Part shown: piece by piece, positions 63,366-64,000 of the stretch
Layout: each line of letters begins with the position of its first letter
How positions within the stretch are numbered: the stretch's first letter is position 1
Assembly (NCBI GenBank): GCA_024408105.1
Contig: JAKSVG010000004.1
Coordinates: 1,151 to 65,150, forward strand
Reading direction: 5' to 3'
Length of the DNA stretch: 64,000 bases
Source of the DNA: Bacilli bacterium
GTDB taxonomy: Bacteria; Bacillota_I; Bacilli_A; RFN20; CAG-826
Notes under the pieces: model-generated
What the model saw: only the letters and a program-made list of their open reading frames with translations
Told to the model about the DNA's origin: nothing
The model's database searches: none
Position numbers and translations under genes: made by a program

Positions 63366-64000
63366 TTCAATACTTCTTTCACTTTCCCGGCAAATGCTAA
63401 TGAGCCAGTTACTAAGACAACATCGTCTGGATATTGAGTAAGTTTTTCATTTATAAGATTCAAATAATTTTCATTAAAAGAATAATCACCTAAATATAAG
63501 AAATAATCCTCTTCGTTTCTTGCTCTAGGATGATCAAATGTTGTCAATGTGACATCGTTGACAAAATTAGACAAAGATATAAGCATCGTTTCGATATTTT
63601 TGTCTTTAAACGCTGCAAAAACCGCGTGAATTGGTCTAGCTTCAGATTTTTGAAGTGATTCAACGAGGTTATTAATTCCGTCAGGATTATGTGCTCCATC
63701 CAAAATCAAATTATCTCTAACATAATCAAGTCTACACGGTAAAGAAACGGTAAATAAACCTTTCCTGATTGATTCTTCATCTATGTCAATTACGTCTTTA
63801 AGTTGATTAGTGACCTCAATGGCAATAGAAGCATTCTTACATTGATATAATGCTCTTGTGTTAAGTTTTAAATCTTTAAGAGGATAGTAATCAAATATAA
63901 CATTGTTTCCTTCTACTCTTTCGTTATGAAAATCATTAACTTTAATTATTTCTGAGTTTACAATCTTTGCGTATTCATTAATTGCATATAGAGCTGTTTC
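63362..64000 (-). CDS. folC: Folylpolyglutamate synthase / dihydrofolate synthase, C-terminal part (5' end beyond the window)
   Basis: The frame stays open from 64000 down to the stop at 63362. The track start at 63709 is an internal TTG. My translation upstream reads ...NASIAIEVTNQLK...RLDYVRDNLILDGAHNPDG, the Mur-ligase/FolC C-domain motif. Confidence 0.8.
   Translation of the reverse strand, partial: ETALYAINEYAKIVNSEIIKVNDFHNERVEGNNVIFDYYPLKDLKLNTRALYQCKNASIAIEVTNQLKDVIDIDEESIRKGLFTVSLPCRLDYVRDNLILDGAHNPDGINNLVESLQKSEARPIHAVFAAFKDKNIETMLISLSNFVNDVTLTTFDHPRARNEEDYFLYLGDYSFNENYLNLINEKLTQYPDDVVLVTGSLAFAGKVKEVLK

Overview
This is an AT-rich, densely coding 64-kb bacterial chromosome segment with most genes on the minus strand. 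I found no rRNA or tRNA genes, transposases, integrases, prophage genes or CRISPR arrays. Conserved genes are intact under the standard genetic code, and TGA is used as a stop (queH, GT4 at 40271-40273). The gene order (S10 operon; ecfA1-ecfA2-ecfT-truA), lipobox lipoproteins and an extended ribosomal protein L3 suggest a low-GC Bacillota/Mycoplasmatota-related organism; this is inference only.

Housekeeping backbone:
- rpsJ-rplC-rplD-rplW-rplB.
- A queuosine salvage block: prs, a preQ1-I riboswitch, queT and a flavin-reductase-like gene, then tgt-queA-queH translationally coupled to a tandem-domain PlsC-type acyltransferase.
- gpmA, pepC, add, eno, yebC, truA, ECF energizing module, dCMP deaminase, FolT-like S component and folC.

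Accessory-looking blocks:
1. 14.4-25.1 kb: proline iminopeptidase, a ~1130-aa S8 subtilase and a 1363-aa C11 clostripain-like protease. The two proteases carry Big_2 repeats and share two unassigned modules. One module also appears in a nearby lipoprotein.
2. 25.2-30.6 kb: a two-subunit aconitase-X enzyme and two tandem paralogous ~580-aa lipoproteins.
3. 30.7-37.5 kb: an ATP-grasp gene overlapping an O-antigen-ligase-family membrane protein gene, divergent from tetR plus a heterodimeric ABC exporter, with a palindromic operator candidate between them.
4. 37.9-54 kb: a Wzx/Wzy-type glycan locus. It contains an HddC-GmhB fusion, GT4, a Wzz-like protein, a second O-antigen-ligase-family protein, a PglC-type initiating transferase, a DegT aminotransferase, rfbB-rfbC-rfbA but no rfbD, Wzx, EpsG and an ATP-grasp.
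5. 54.9-58.5 kb: a tightly coupled Ldh_2 / ATP-grasp / Eda aldolase / HAD operon of unclear function.

A recurrent regulatory pattern is a TATAAT-type box ending 6-9 nt before a start codon that lacks a Shine-Dalgarno sequence. I count eight such sites, including a palindromic twin promoter at 9846-9868. This implies frequent leaderless mRNAs.

I saw no recognisable phage-defence, toxin-antitoxin or mobile system. The most novel candidates are the shared-module protease/lipoprotein set, the ATP-grasp plus ligase-like pair, and the Ldh_2-ATP-grasp-Eda-HAD operon next to the glycan locus. All functional links are hypotheses from sequence reading only.
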